Source: Oopsacas minuta (Eukaryota; Animalia; Porifera). Taken from it: a stretch of 64,000 nt of DNA. Of the stretch, positions 1-13,100 are shown piece by piece. The notes under the pieces were generated by a model. That model was not told the DNA's origin and ran no database searches. It saw only the letters and a list, made by a program, of their open reading frames with translations. Both the position numbers and the translations under genes were made by a program. Numbering within the stretch: the stretch's first letter is position 1; the number at the start of each line of letters is the position of its first letter. The stretch is taken from the NCBI GenBank assembly GCA_024704765.1, contig JAKMXF010000244.1:487905-551904 (forward strand), written 5' to 3'.

Positions 1-148
1 AAATGTGTTTTACAAGTGGGTGGAAAGGTTAAAACTTTGCGTATCTGCAGGAGGGGATATCTTTGAATAAATAATATAGTGAATTAGTGTGTATAGTGTT
101 TGAATCATATTCTATGATATCGCCCCCAAGACTTATTGAACGCCCTAG
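1..148 (+). mobile_element. 3' end of a mariner element (same family as 5274-6608)
   Basis: 1-148 aligns to 6461-6608 with 7 mismatches by eye, including the right TIR (..aagacttattgaacgccctag) followed by TA; the flanks differ. Confidence 0.9.
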
Positions 149-849
149 TATTTGAACTGAAGAACGAGTCGTGTATCGAATACTCAAGTCACGATCAAAG
201 CATAATTATATGCTATGTAAGGTAATAATTTCTTAACTGATTGAGAGTATCCATGGTATGAGGCAATTTTCATGAGATTTGAAATCCAAACGAATTTATA
301 ATGATAAAAAAATAAAGCTTGAACCTCTCTTATGTACACAGGTCAGAATGTTGGATTTTGGAGCAAGACACGAAGAGAAAAATTTGAAATAGAAATTTTG
401 TGTCACATATCTAATCATATTTTACACATATATATACTCGGATACAAAATATATATACAAAAAAATCGAAAGTGAAATCAATGCTCGAAAAGATATATCT
501 AACACTAGAAGAATTAGTTATAACTAACAATCACAAATTTAAGAGAAAATAATGAAAATAAGTGGAAGAGTAATAGATATCAGCGAGCCAATTAGTGATA
601 CAGGCAACAAAGAGTGCAATTACGAATGAATTAGATAATATAGTAGATATAACAATTTTACAAAGTTAGTTGACATCTAACAAAATTTTCCAATCATAAA
701 TTCGTAACAACATCTAGCGAAGAAAATAGAAAACTATGAACAAAAACATCGCCGGGAAGTTAAAGCACGCTTAGTGCACAAAAGAAATATGGTAAAGGCA
801 AGAAATTGACAAAAAAATTGTACAGAAAAGATAACAAATCCTCACTCAC

Positions 850-1163
850 CACTGTTGTGATTAATTTGATTTGCTCAAGTAAATCTGATAAAAAGCTACA
901 GGAAGCTCCGAATTCTAACATAAAGTCATCATAGATAAAATTTGGCTGGGAAGCAATATGTGCGAGAACAATATCCTTACATCTAGGCAGCCACGACGAT
1001 ACAGCTTTCAAAATCAGCAATTCCCCATGTACATTATGAACTTCAGCTAAACCAGTGATAATTGGTAAGAAACTATTCAAACAAGGATGAGATAAGGTTA
1101 AAAGAGGAAAGGAATTTGGTGTAGATTCAGAAATTGATACATCAGATTCTTTAGAATAAACTT
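850..1163 (-). CDS. UBR4: UBR4-like exon (last in window, just before the expected UBR box)
   Basis: Acceptor ttttgtctAG at 1164-1165 and donor GTGAGT at 844-849; encodes FLPIITGLAEVHNVHGELLILKAVSSWLPRCKD; phase 1 in, phase 0 out. Confidence 0.75.
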
Positions 1164-4100
1164 CTAGACAAAAAAAGGGACAATAATAATAGAGAATACG
1201 ATAAAACAATAAAATTGATAATAAAGTTTGAAACCAAGAGTTAATAGATTATAAATTATGGAAAAATAGTATATAAAGTATAAAAATTCCAAAAGCAACT
1301 ATTTACATAGTTTCATTGAAAACAAACAATGAAAAATCGTCGTATATTTGTAGAGTTACAGTAAAACTTTACTATATTATACTAACATTACATAAAACGT
1401 GGTCAATTACAGCCCTCAAATAATATAAGCGCTAGGTACGTACTTCTTGACCTTACAGTTCTTATAAAATCAATCAAATTTAGATCTCGATTGGCTGTAG
1501 AAGACTCTGACACCATTTTACGCAGTCAGAAAGAAGAATCAATCTAAATATAGAAAGTAAACCTCTCTACATTGAACGGGACCGAAAATCTTTGTTCCTT
1601 CGAACTCATTAATCAGAGGTTCAAATTTAATGATAAGCATCAATTTTGGACAAAAGAATAGTGTTCAATCGATGTTTTACTATATTATAAAAGATCTAAA
1701 AATCTGCGCTAATGAATTCACATTGTATGAGATATTGCAATTCTGGTTTGAGAATCGTATTGTAAGCATCCGAATGAACTATTGCAGAACTTTACAACTT
1801 AATTAGACATAGTATTGTCTGAAAATTATCGTGGAGTGTCATTGTGTACCATTTTGTAAAATTGCCACCATGGTATAAGATGGGATCAAGTGGCACAACG
1901 TGGCAATGACTGCCAATTAAGAAACATAAGAGGCAACCAATAGAAGTTAAATTATCTGCAATGGACATTCTTAATGTGTGGAATAGGAATCTGAAATCAA
2001 AAATTCAATATCTCATATAAATTGAATTATTTGCTGATAATATTTGAAAAAGTTAAGGACTAACTTCAATAGAAGTTTCAAGCATTACGAACACTTTGGT
2101 GAGAGAGTATTCTACATATAGTGCTTCCAATGAATAGTGCCACAATAAGTATATTCAATTAATATACCAGTAGTTCTTAACCCTTTTGTGATATTTCTCT
2201 CTTCGTAAGACTCAATTAGGAAATTTCCATTCCAACCGTAAATTGACCAGTTTATGAAATATCCGGGGAAATATGAATTAAATGATTAAATTGCAGAGAG
2301 GAATACTCATTAACAGGTAAATGGTATCTTGACTTAAATCGAAACAGAATTATCTCATAGACCGCGTAAGTTTCAAAAAGATCATTCAATAAGATCATTT
2401 CAATAAGTCAGGCCTTATGTTTCTACCATAAATAAGACTTGACAATAACTTGTAAATGTTGAACTAAGGATACGTACGCAGATGTAAGCAAATCTATGTA
2501 ATTTCTATATTGCAAAACTGGTGCGTTACTAATTCTGGTACACTGAGCTGCGAGCATAATGGCCGAAAGTGGGAGGGTGATGGAGGGTATACCTCTGCCA
2601 GTCAGTTAGATACATAGACCAATTCACCATGTGGAGTTTCGGCGTCCATATAGATTAACCTTAAAGTGAAAGATGCAGTATTTAACCAATAATTTCTTAC
2701 TAGAAACATTTTCGCCACACTATCAGATTGATTTAGCAATATGTATAGTAGGTATGCAGCTATGGGATGATCTTATTGAAACTTACGCGAGATATGCAAT
2801 AATTTGTATCGATTAAAGTCAAGATTCCATACACTATAATAGCAAAACTATAACAAAATGAATAGGTGGCAGTGGAATAACTAGGGCTAATTTTTTGGCG
2901 TGGCTAAGTTTTTTAAAAAGTAATAACTAAAGAATCATTCTTCGTTTTGACGGATATCTTTATTATTAGAAAACGATTGATTTAGTGATAAAAATGTTTA
3001 AGAGAATTTTAAATAAATGTTAAAACACATTCCGAACTCATTATTTACAATAGGATAAATTCAAAAGGATCATGAGAATGAATTACGACAAATTCCGATT
3101 TTCTCTAACATATTGATCAGAAAATGAATTATTGTATATATATTACGTATGGCATTATTGTTCGAATTTACATTGTATACCTGTTGCCAAAACAATTGCT
3201 TTGGTTCACCAAAATAATGCATAATATATCGGATTTGCCAGAATAATCGAAATTAGTTGCCAAAAGAATGATACATCCATTGCATAAAAGTAGAACATCA
3301 AATTATCACGATATAATTCTTACTAAAGAAATTCAAGAAAGTCGCAAAAATATGTCGATACATTGTAGAATAGTAAAGATTTAATGGGATGATCTTATTG
3401 AAACCTATGAATTATTCTGCATCAATGTAGGCGAATAAATAAGTGAGTAACAAAATAGTGGCAAACTATACCAAAATCAATTGGTGGATTTTAGGGTGTG
3501 GATGCAGCTGAGAAATGCCACATCCTGATGTTTACCTGTATAAGCATAAACAGAAACAATTACCCTTAATTTGCTGCATACCTAATATTTAGGTATATAA
3601 ATAACCTATGAAACTAAAGTTTCAAATTATTTGAAATGGGCGGCCAGTTCACGAAAAGGCAGTCCTCTAGGTCAATTCGCGAATGGCCCAATAGAGCAAT
3701 TGGGAAAATGTTCATTCATACATACTTCATATACAGGTTAATTGCGCTTTAATAGGATAGATGTGTATATGATAATATTATGCAAGCGCAATTCGCTTGT
3801 TGAGTTACTGCACGACAAATGTATGCCACTGAATACCCTAGGCATGAAACAGCACTGCTTCTTAGTGCTTTTGGTCGCTTCGCGGCCGGATATACTCAGA
3901 GCTGTGTGCCTTGAATTCACAAAATTGCGAAAATTTATGAATTTCATATCCATGTTTAATCTAAACTACTCTTAAAGGAGTTTAGTAACTGATCTCAGCA
4001 CCTTATTCCTCTGAGTGCAGGGCCGTATAAAGGTTGTAGGAGTTCATAGCAATTTTGTGGGGTCCTCCATAATTTTAAACCACATTAACTTGAGTGCTTG

Positions 4101-7100
4101 CATATTCAAATATACCTAATACGAGCCTTTGGCTCGTCGCTTCACAATGAACTCGGCACATTGAGCCTCGAGGTATCCATTATTCTCCAAATTGACAGAC
4201 CTTTGAGTATTATAATATTGATATATTTAGAACAATGTAATTCACAAATATCAGTGTATGGCATATATATTATTGAAGTATTTGTAAGATCAACCTCCTT
4301 TGTAACCGTTGAACAAGTAATTACATAGACCTTGCAAATTGTTTACTATATATTCATGCAAACAACAAAAATTTACATATGAGAACCTTGAAAAATACGA
4401 AATAAAGAGAATTCTACTCGGAAATTATAATATCGTACTAATAATACTCTGCCTCTCACCGACAATACGTAAATAAAACTTAGGTGCATGCTTACAACGC
4501 ATTGTTGCTTTTATGGTAATTATTACAAAATACAATAGCGTTGAAAGAGTAAACGTAATATTAACTAACTAGTTTCATTGATTTTATAGAGTTGTAAAAA
4601 TTGGAGCATTTTGTTAACGTAGTTGCTAAGATGACGTCATTTTGAATTAGAAGTAGTTTTTGGAGATAGACTGTCTGTATTAATAAATTCAATAATTCAT
4701 GTACTCGGGATAAAATATACCATTTAAATATTATCGCAATCAATAGAATTCCCTACGTCGATGATGAGTGATTAATCATGTCCCTTGCCCAAATCAATAA
4801 ATGAACACCATTGCCTTAACTTATAGAATGCCATAGCTAAGCGAATCGGATCAATAGCCTACCATGTTCAACTTTGCATTAATCGTAGTAAATATCTCAT
4901 GTCGAATACAGTATAATTACTATTCTACAAAGGGCCAACGCAGCCTATTAGAGCGTGAGGGTGTCTATGATAATGGACATTCGGTGCCCGGATAACCAAG
5001 ACACCCATGGTGGCGTCGACACCGATACTATAAATGCGAATAGGTCTGAACAGCATGGAATACAGAAAACGGACAATGCACTCCCCTATACATCTCCATA
5101 TTGAACAATAATACAGTTTAGGTAGTATAACAAAGCAGATTTAGAGGTGACAGTGGAGCCGAGGTGTTATGGACATATATATAATACTTGTAAAGTTATG
5201 GGTACCATCATAGATGTTGTTGATGACCTCTGAGGAGTTCATCAAAATTGTAAATAAGATTCAACTTCTAATATAAGGGGGTTCAATAAGTCTTGCGGGT
5301 CATGACATATCTTAGGAATTAGTCAAGTAATACATCAAACTTTCATATATTGTAAGCACATATAGTTAAAGTCCATATACTAAAAGTTTCAAGCATATTC
5401 AATACAAATAGTGAATTTTTGAGATAGTTACGTGTAGTCAATTTATACTCACTGTTGAACTTATGGCTTCAAAGGATGATAATTTCAACCTCAAATGGCG
5501 AGCTTACATAGAGTTTCGCACAATACTCAAGATCCAGCCCGTACAGATCTTCAGTGAGTTACAGGAGATATTGTGCGTGGGTTATCCTTCCAGATCTACT
5601 GTAGAGCGTGATGGGCTGCCCGTTTTAGATCTGGTGATGCTGATGTCACAGATTTGACTCGATCTAGAAAAACCGGTATCCGCCACCACTTCGGAGATTA
5701 TCGCACTCATTGAAAGTATAGTCATGGAAGACAAGTGCATCACTGTCAATCAGTTAGAACAAAGAATGAAGATTTCATCGGGAGCTATTCATACAATTCT
5801 GACAACTGAGCTTGACTACTGATCGATTTGTGGGAAGTGGGTCCCGCATAAGCTCAGTGAGAATCAAAGGTTGGTACGACTGAATAAGGCCAAGAAACTC
5901 TTGGAAACTCATGAGAACTGCGATTCTAGACACCTAACAGAGATTATTACTGGTGACGAGACGTGGGTGTACTGTTCAACACCATATAGCAAGTATAAGA
6001 AGCGATCATGGGTGAGGGGCGACGAACAACCGACGAAATTTCCTACGCCCGACTTCAGAAAACCTAAGATCATCTATACCATCTTCTTCAGTAGTCATGG
6101 AATTGTCTTGCAATTATCTTGTGAGAGTGACAAGGCTGGTACTGCTACTTTCTTTACAGAGTAAGTGCTTCCAAATTTGATAAAAAATATAGAAAAGTAC
6201 CGCCCGAAAACCGGAACTCGAGGAATGAAGATTTTAATTGATAACGCCAGTTCCCATACAGCTAAGCTTACCAAAGATTTCCCGGATCTAGAAGGGTTAG
6301 AATTACTTCGCCATCCACCATCTCACCAGACCTAGCTCCGTGTGATTTTTGGCTATTCTCTAAGCTTAAATCTACCTTCAAGGCAAAGATTTAACACATT
6401 ACAAGCACTCGGAACGGGTCTGTACCAGTACTTCAAATCCATCCTCGACGAAGAGTATAGAAATGTGTTTTACAAGTGGGTGGAAAGGTTAAAACTTTGC
6501 GTATCTGCAGGAGGGGATATCTTTGAATAAATAATATAGTAAATTAGTGTGTATAGTGTTTGTATTATATTCTATGATATTACCCGCAAGACTTATTGAA
6601 TGCCCTAGTAATTGAATTTCAAATGGGCAGTATACATACTGTATGAATTCATTATTTTTGCCACATAATATATTTTCACAATTTTTAGCATATTTAGTTA
6701 ACGAAAACAGCTAAGTATCAAATGTACATGACTAGGATTATATAGATAGACAAATATGCACAAATATCCTGATCTGAAACATTTACGACCAAAGAATCCT
6801 GCCAATTTTGGATGATATCGGGTGTAAAGAACGATCGTCATCAAATTGTTTAGCATATTTTTATTCGTCATAAAATTGATAAGACATAAACATATGGTTC
6901 ATTAAAAATAATACAGGCAAAATTTTGATGATATACAATCTAACCTTAATCCACGGTAAAATTCCACAAAAGATAAACATGGTTAGACAATAACCCAGAA
7001 CATGCCAATTTTTATCCGTTGTACGAACACATCCCTATAACAAAATTTTCCAGCTGTCAACGCAACGAATGGGAGAAATATTGTGCGTGGGGATTGGCCG

Positions 7101-10100
7101 CGAGGAACTTTGTGAGGAATGCATAGATACAAGGTATAAACACAAATTCAGGGTAAATCCCCACTCAAAACAACGCAAGAGTTCATCAAAAAGACCTGGA
7201 ACAACATCCAAGCAGGTTGGTCACTAATCTAGGGTAAATCTCCATTACAACCGATCCAGTAGTGGGTCAACAGTCCTGAACCAGGAAGAATTTCTAGGAG
7301 ATCAATTTTATAGTGTAAATTAATCTGCGCCAATTCCCAGCAATGAATTTTCCGTCAAAAAAAGAAATAGTGTAGTATTTCAGTGAATTCAAATGGGAGC
7401 ACTTGTTATCAAAATCGATTCGCGATCATTTAGATGTTGTCTCTTTGATCCGGAATAAAATATAGGTAGAGACTTTGCGTATGGTTAAGTATCAATAATA
7501 CATATATTCAGGGAAAATGCACCAATTTCAGATTATCAAAACAAACCGATGTAATGAGACAAATTACCTATTTCATCCCTTGTCCAAAATTGTTAAACGC
7601 GCTATCGCCTTGTATACAGAATGATGAGACCAAGTAGAACTGTGTTCTAATAGTATATATAACCTAATGAAGTACGCTCCTAAGCATCTTATATTAGGAT
7701 AATTCCAATAGCTAATTACAATTTCAATGGGAATATATGAAAGTGGCACAAAAGGGGCGTACTGTGCCCATCAAATATTGCCCAGTGGTTTAGAAGAAAA
7801 GAATAGACAAAAAATTGATTCCGTATTTGATGGTTTTATTTCATTTTATATTGTTTAAATGATTCTCATTTAAAATATCTAGGCGATTGAGACCCTAGAA
7901 GCTGTAAGACTTCTTCAACAAAGATGCGAAATATTTGTAGAACAAATTGCGGCTTCATGATTTCTAAATTTAGCCCCAATTTCAAATCAACCTGTAAGAG
8001 CAATTACATAATCGAATGTTACTAATCTGGTATACTTTATACATTTCGACTATGCTAAATCTAAATATCTTGTTTCTATGACTGTATCTTGTATATATTT
8101 CGTGAACATAAGATTTCTAAAATCTAGTAAAATCCGTGCAGAATTTTTACAAAGAGGAATACTTAAAGTGTCTGGAAAAATAAACAACACAAAACAACAG
8201 CGCAAAATGAATCGGATACACACATTACGATTCCTAAAAACATAATCTTAAACCACAAAACCCGAAACAGTGCGCAACCTATAATTACCAATGGCATTCC
8301 ATTACAACTTTTCGTTGCTAGGAAATTCGTATTGTAGCATACTGTAACAATTGAATGAAATAGTATTGAATTTCGTTCTTGAAATTTAATATAGTTAATT
8401 ATATATATATAATCTACTATAATACAACAAATTTTTCGGAATTTCTTGAAAACAATGACAGAAGAGTTAACTTTCCCAAAGTCCCGCCTCGAATTGGCAA
8501 GAATCCTGAAAGACAATAATAATTGGGTCCTGAAAACGACAAAATATTTCAAAGAACACTTTGAAATAGACTCTGATAATACGAAACTCTTGGAAACGTT
8601 GCTGTTAAGAATTCGGGGCAGATTCAAGTAGGTGACGAGATCTTTGGATTGTTTAGAAGGAGAATGGTGGCATTCTAACATATCCATGAAACCTGAGTTA
8701 AAGAAAAATCGTGTTTCTGATTTACTAGAGTCGTCTTCTGATGATGGTGAGGTTCCCATTCATTCAGTGAGACATGGGAAGCATCTTGATGATCTCTCTC
8801 TGAAGCAACAGCGTACTCGATTGTCAAGTCTGCTAGAATGCATTAAGTCACTCTCAGTTATTGAGAATACTACAGAAACAAGCATTGCAGCACTCTCATT
8901 ACAACTATTGGCAAATGAGGAGAATAATCGTTATGTTGCTACAGTAGCCAAAGAGATTAATGTCAATGGAGGATTTTGTAATCTCAGTAACAAGCATGCT
9001 CCAGGTGATAAAGCCTTATTCCTGCTGGATTTACTTGAGGTGGGCAGACGAAAATACACTCAACTATGTCAAACACTTCTACCAGACAATATACATTTCC
9101 CATCTTACAGCAAGTTAGCTATTCTGAGAGATGTCATGATTTCGCGATCCAGTATAACTTTATGCCCTAATCCAGCTAAACCAATAGGTAAACACGCACC
9201 ATATTGTCTTGAAGTTCAGAAAACCCTGGAAAGAATATTGTCAATGGTAGATCGCCCCACAAGTGAAGAATTCCCACTCACATTTAAAATCGCAGATGGC
9301 TTAGATGGTTCTGGTTGTCACACTATCTACAACCAGCAGACAACCAATACTTTCACCACAAACTTCATTCTGTTTTGTTTCAAGCCATCTCCATCCACAC
9401 TAACAAACAAGATTGTTTGGCAGAATAAATCCCTTAATTCACCCTTCCCTCAAAGACTTATTTTCTCTGCGCTGCGACAGAATGCGAAGAAAATATTCGT
9501 TCCTTCATGGAAACTATGATTAATCTCGATACAGTGATGTTGTAAAATGGGATTCCTTTAGAAAATGGTGTTGTCAATGTCGATATTATCCGCTCAATGT
9601 TTGTTGGGAAGATGGCAGCCATTCTCTCTGGAGCTGGAGGAGCCAGTTGTCAGATGTGCACTGCCACACATAAAGATTTGAACGATCGGAATTTAGTTCT
9701 TGAAGGGTTCCCCATCAACAGAAATATTGCAGATACAATCGAGTTATTTTCGCACATTGATGACATTGAGTCGTTCTTTGCTCTTTTTACTAATGAACAC
9801 TTCAATTTAACTCATCAACCGATTTCAGAGATTAACATACATCCAGCATCTCCACTTCATTCATACACAGGCGTATTTAGGTAAGTAATCTAGTACTTCA
9901 TTAATCTTTCAGAATTTATCTTCACATAATTAAACAAATTTTAGGTGGTATAATTTTCTGGTATATCATCTTCGCATCATAAAGCTTACCTGGTCCCCAA
10001 CTTCACCAGTTATCAAGGAGTCAATGAAATTCCTTCAAACATTTATTCAGGAGAAGACAGGATTAAAGGTTAACCAGCCTAATTCTAGCGGTGGAACCAC

Positions 10101-13100
10101 ATAACCAGGGAATGTTGCTAGAAGAGCCTTTCTGATGATACCGAATATCTTGAATGCCTTTTATGAACTGTAGCAATACAATATCGCCCAATCATATCAA
10201 AGATACATACTCAGCTTTCAGCCATTCTTCGGGTTTTCAATTCAAGTCACAAGGTTAACACTTTGGAATTGGGGAAATTATGCAGGGATACCTACCTTGT
10301 AATCTTAGATTCTTTCCCCTGGGCTAGCATGACTCTAACCCTACACAAGCTCTTGGCCCCATTCCGAGGAGTTAATACGTGAGTCGAATTCTAGCTATGG
10401 CTTAAAGGCATTTTCAGAAGAAGGCACAGAATCATGCAACAAATTAATTAGAAAATATCGGGAGAATTTAGCTCGCAAAGTTAGTTTTGAGACCAATATT
10501 ATGGGTATCTTCGTCAGATTAACCTCTCAAAGTGATCCAACATTAATAAGCTATCGAAGAATTTTGACTTGTGAACGATGGGGTGAACCTGGACACACAA
10601 CGAGATCTAAAGCTGCAATGCTATGAACAATCAGAAAACTTGTATACAGACTTTATTCACGACTCTAACCTCCAATACAGATTGCCTATCATGAACTTAA
10701 GTATGAATATAATGTATATTTTGTAAATCACTAAGATAAATTCCATCATAAGTGTGAGGTCATAATACTGAAGACGTCATAACTCTATAAATACAAGTCC
10801 TACAACAAAATTATAAGTTCAAGGTGATTGCCAAATCCGGATAACCCATATGTAATCAATAGATTTCATGGCGATAAAGTCGAGTAAAATGTATTTATTG
10901 AAGAAAATACAAAATTTCACATATATCAATGACGTCATAACTTGGAAATTTTAGGCCATATACTTATTATGACAAGGTGTATTGGTTCCTTATATATAAT
11001 AATCTATACGTAAATAATACATTTCATATGTCTATCTCACACCAATATAGCTATTCTTTACTAACTTCCCTATTAAATCACTGTGTATTGTATACATAAG
11101 TTTAAATCTTAATGAGCAGTCACAACACGAACCAGGTTGATGTGTGTTCGTGTTCTATTTTCTGACTTTCATATAGGTGCTGATGCGAAATTTGAACGCG
11201 ACGCTAGAGGCTCCAATTGCAACGAAACGGATACATCCTGCATTCTTGCAACCATGCTAGTACATCCTACCTACCCCACTGAAGTGCAATGATAATTTAA
11301 ACTGGAGCATAGACTATTATATAATACAGATAGGGAAGTAGAGGACCAACAAATAAAGATAATTACAATTTGTGCTCACAGATTAGACAATTATTGAAAT
11401 TTGTATAAAAAGTGGCACTATTAATCGGAGGCATTATGCACATTGGAACTAACCATTTATAGTACATCCTCCGAATAATACTGCCACTATTAAAAACAAA
11501 TTAAATTAGAGATTCCTTATATATAGCTGACCTATAGTATAGTAAAGCTTTTTGTAATTCCAGATCCCTATACCCCCATTCGAAAAGGTGACTTTCATTA
11601 TTCCGAAAATGACTTTCCTCGGAGATAGAAAAGATAATACACAAAAGTGTACTGTTGCATAGCTGAGCTATATATAAGTTATTTGATTAAATTAATAGAC
11701 TAAGCTGGACACGGATTCAAAATATATTAGCTTCTAGCTCCCCTCGCATTGAAAATCCATAAAAGATTTACTGTGTACCATTTTATATGATCACCAAGTT
11801 CATATAAAGTTCAATTTATTACAGTAATCATTGATTGGCTATAGTATAAAAAATACAAAGGAATATTGGAGAACAAATTAGCGATACATGTTACAAAATA
11901 TGAAAAACGCTCTATGAGGTAGGGGGTAGTATGTGAAGTGTGACAGCGCCATTCCTTTTGTATAATAAAACGAAATAGACGAGCACCCGCGGACATGAAG
12001 TGTCCTCCAGCCGCGCAGGGCAAGAAAGTGAAGCTTGCTTCTGTTCATAAAAACAACATGTAAATTTTACTTTCTCGGTAAACACGATAAATACATAGTT
12101 ATGCGGACAGTTCAGAATCGAGAAATTCGAATTCGATACAACATTCCATAAATCATTCCTTGACAACGGGTAAACAGACAAAAGTATCAATTGAATAATA
12201 TAGATTATACTAAAATATAACTAATACAGCAAAATATTCTTCTATTGCTGTATTTTATTTGAATGCATTGAATAAACTAAGTTTAACAATTGCTTCAATG
12301 ATTCATATAATATTTATCAATCATCTTTTTCATATCAAAAATGGATAACTTAAAGATTTGCTTTTTTACCAATTATTTAACCATCTACTAATCGTGGATT
12401 GGCCTAAACACCTGAATGGGGGTAATACAGTATGCTGAATTCGACTATTGAATTGGTCACGCTTGAATTTCTTCCAGTAGCCTCATAATGTAAATTACTT
12501 GAAACTTCATGTGGACTCGGGTAAGTAAGTATATTAAAATATACATCAATTGATGCTAAATCCGAGTGATGGGGAGAAAAAATTAATCTGTGTGCTAATT
12601 GATGAGACACTAAGAACCAATAATTCACACTAATTATACATTTGCCTGGTCTGTAATTAAAAATTATGAATGGAATGTACAATAAATTGTATACAACTTG
12701 ATAGAGAATAAAATCTAAAATTGCAATATGCGCAGACAGCTTAGTATATGGATTTACTTTCTTTAAAGAGGCACAAATAATTGGAGGGACAAAGAAATTT
12801 GGATAAATTTAACATTTAATAGTGCTTCCAATTATTGGTGTCATTTTAAACAAACCAAATTACAAAACTAGTCTGCAGAGATTGGAATTTTGGATTATCT
12901 TCTAGTACGCTCACTGTTCATTGCATAATTGTATAAAATATTTCAATTTTTTTGTCCAATTTTTCGAACCTCAAAATTGAAATCTTTGCAACTCTTGTTA
13001 CCATAGATCTTTGAAAAATTTCAGTTCTAAAAAATAAACAATGTGGGCTGTAGAGGGGATGCGGAAAATACAAAAAAGCGAGTCATATCAATACCGAGCC

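Noticed and set aside
7788-7820. RSS nonamer-like ACAAAAAAT after the Transib-1 left heptamer
   Set aside because: The spacer is 19 bp rather than 12 or 23, there is no counterpart at the right end, and A-runs are common here.
7727-7842. Short plus-strand ORF crossing the Transib-1 left end
   Set aside because: It has only ~36 codons and no phase-compatible splice partner, while TIR, TSD and length evidence support the element boundary.
8163-8759. 198-aa minus-strand ORF, and similar antisense ORFs such as 60946-61368
   Set aside because: These are shadow ORFs opposite transposon genes, with no recognisable motifs.
10630-11085. RAG2-like partner gene (ProtoRAG-type architecture)
   Set aside because: Only ~300-450 bp lie between the transposase end and the right TIR in Transib-1 and Transib-3; there is no kelch- or PHD-like ORF on either strand.
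11811-12190. Overlapping ORFs resembling a frameshifted UBR4 exon
   Set aside because: The corresponding UBR4 region appears to be already encoded at the end of the large exon, and the neighbouring exons join in phase without it.
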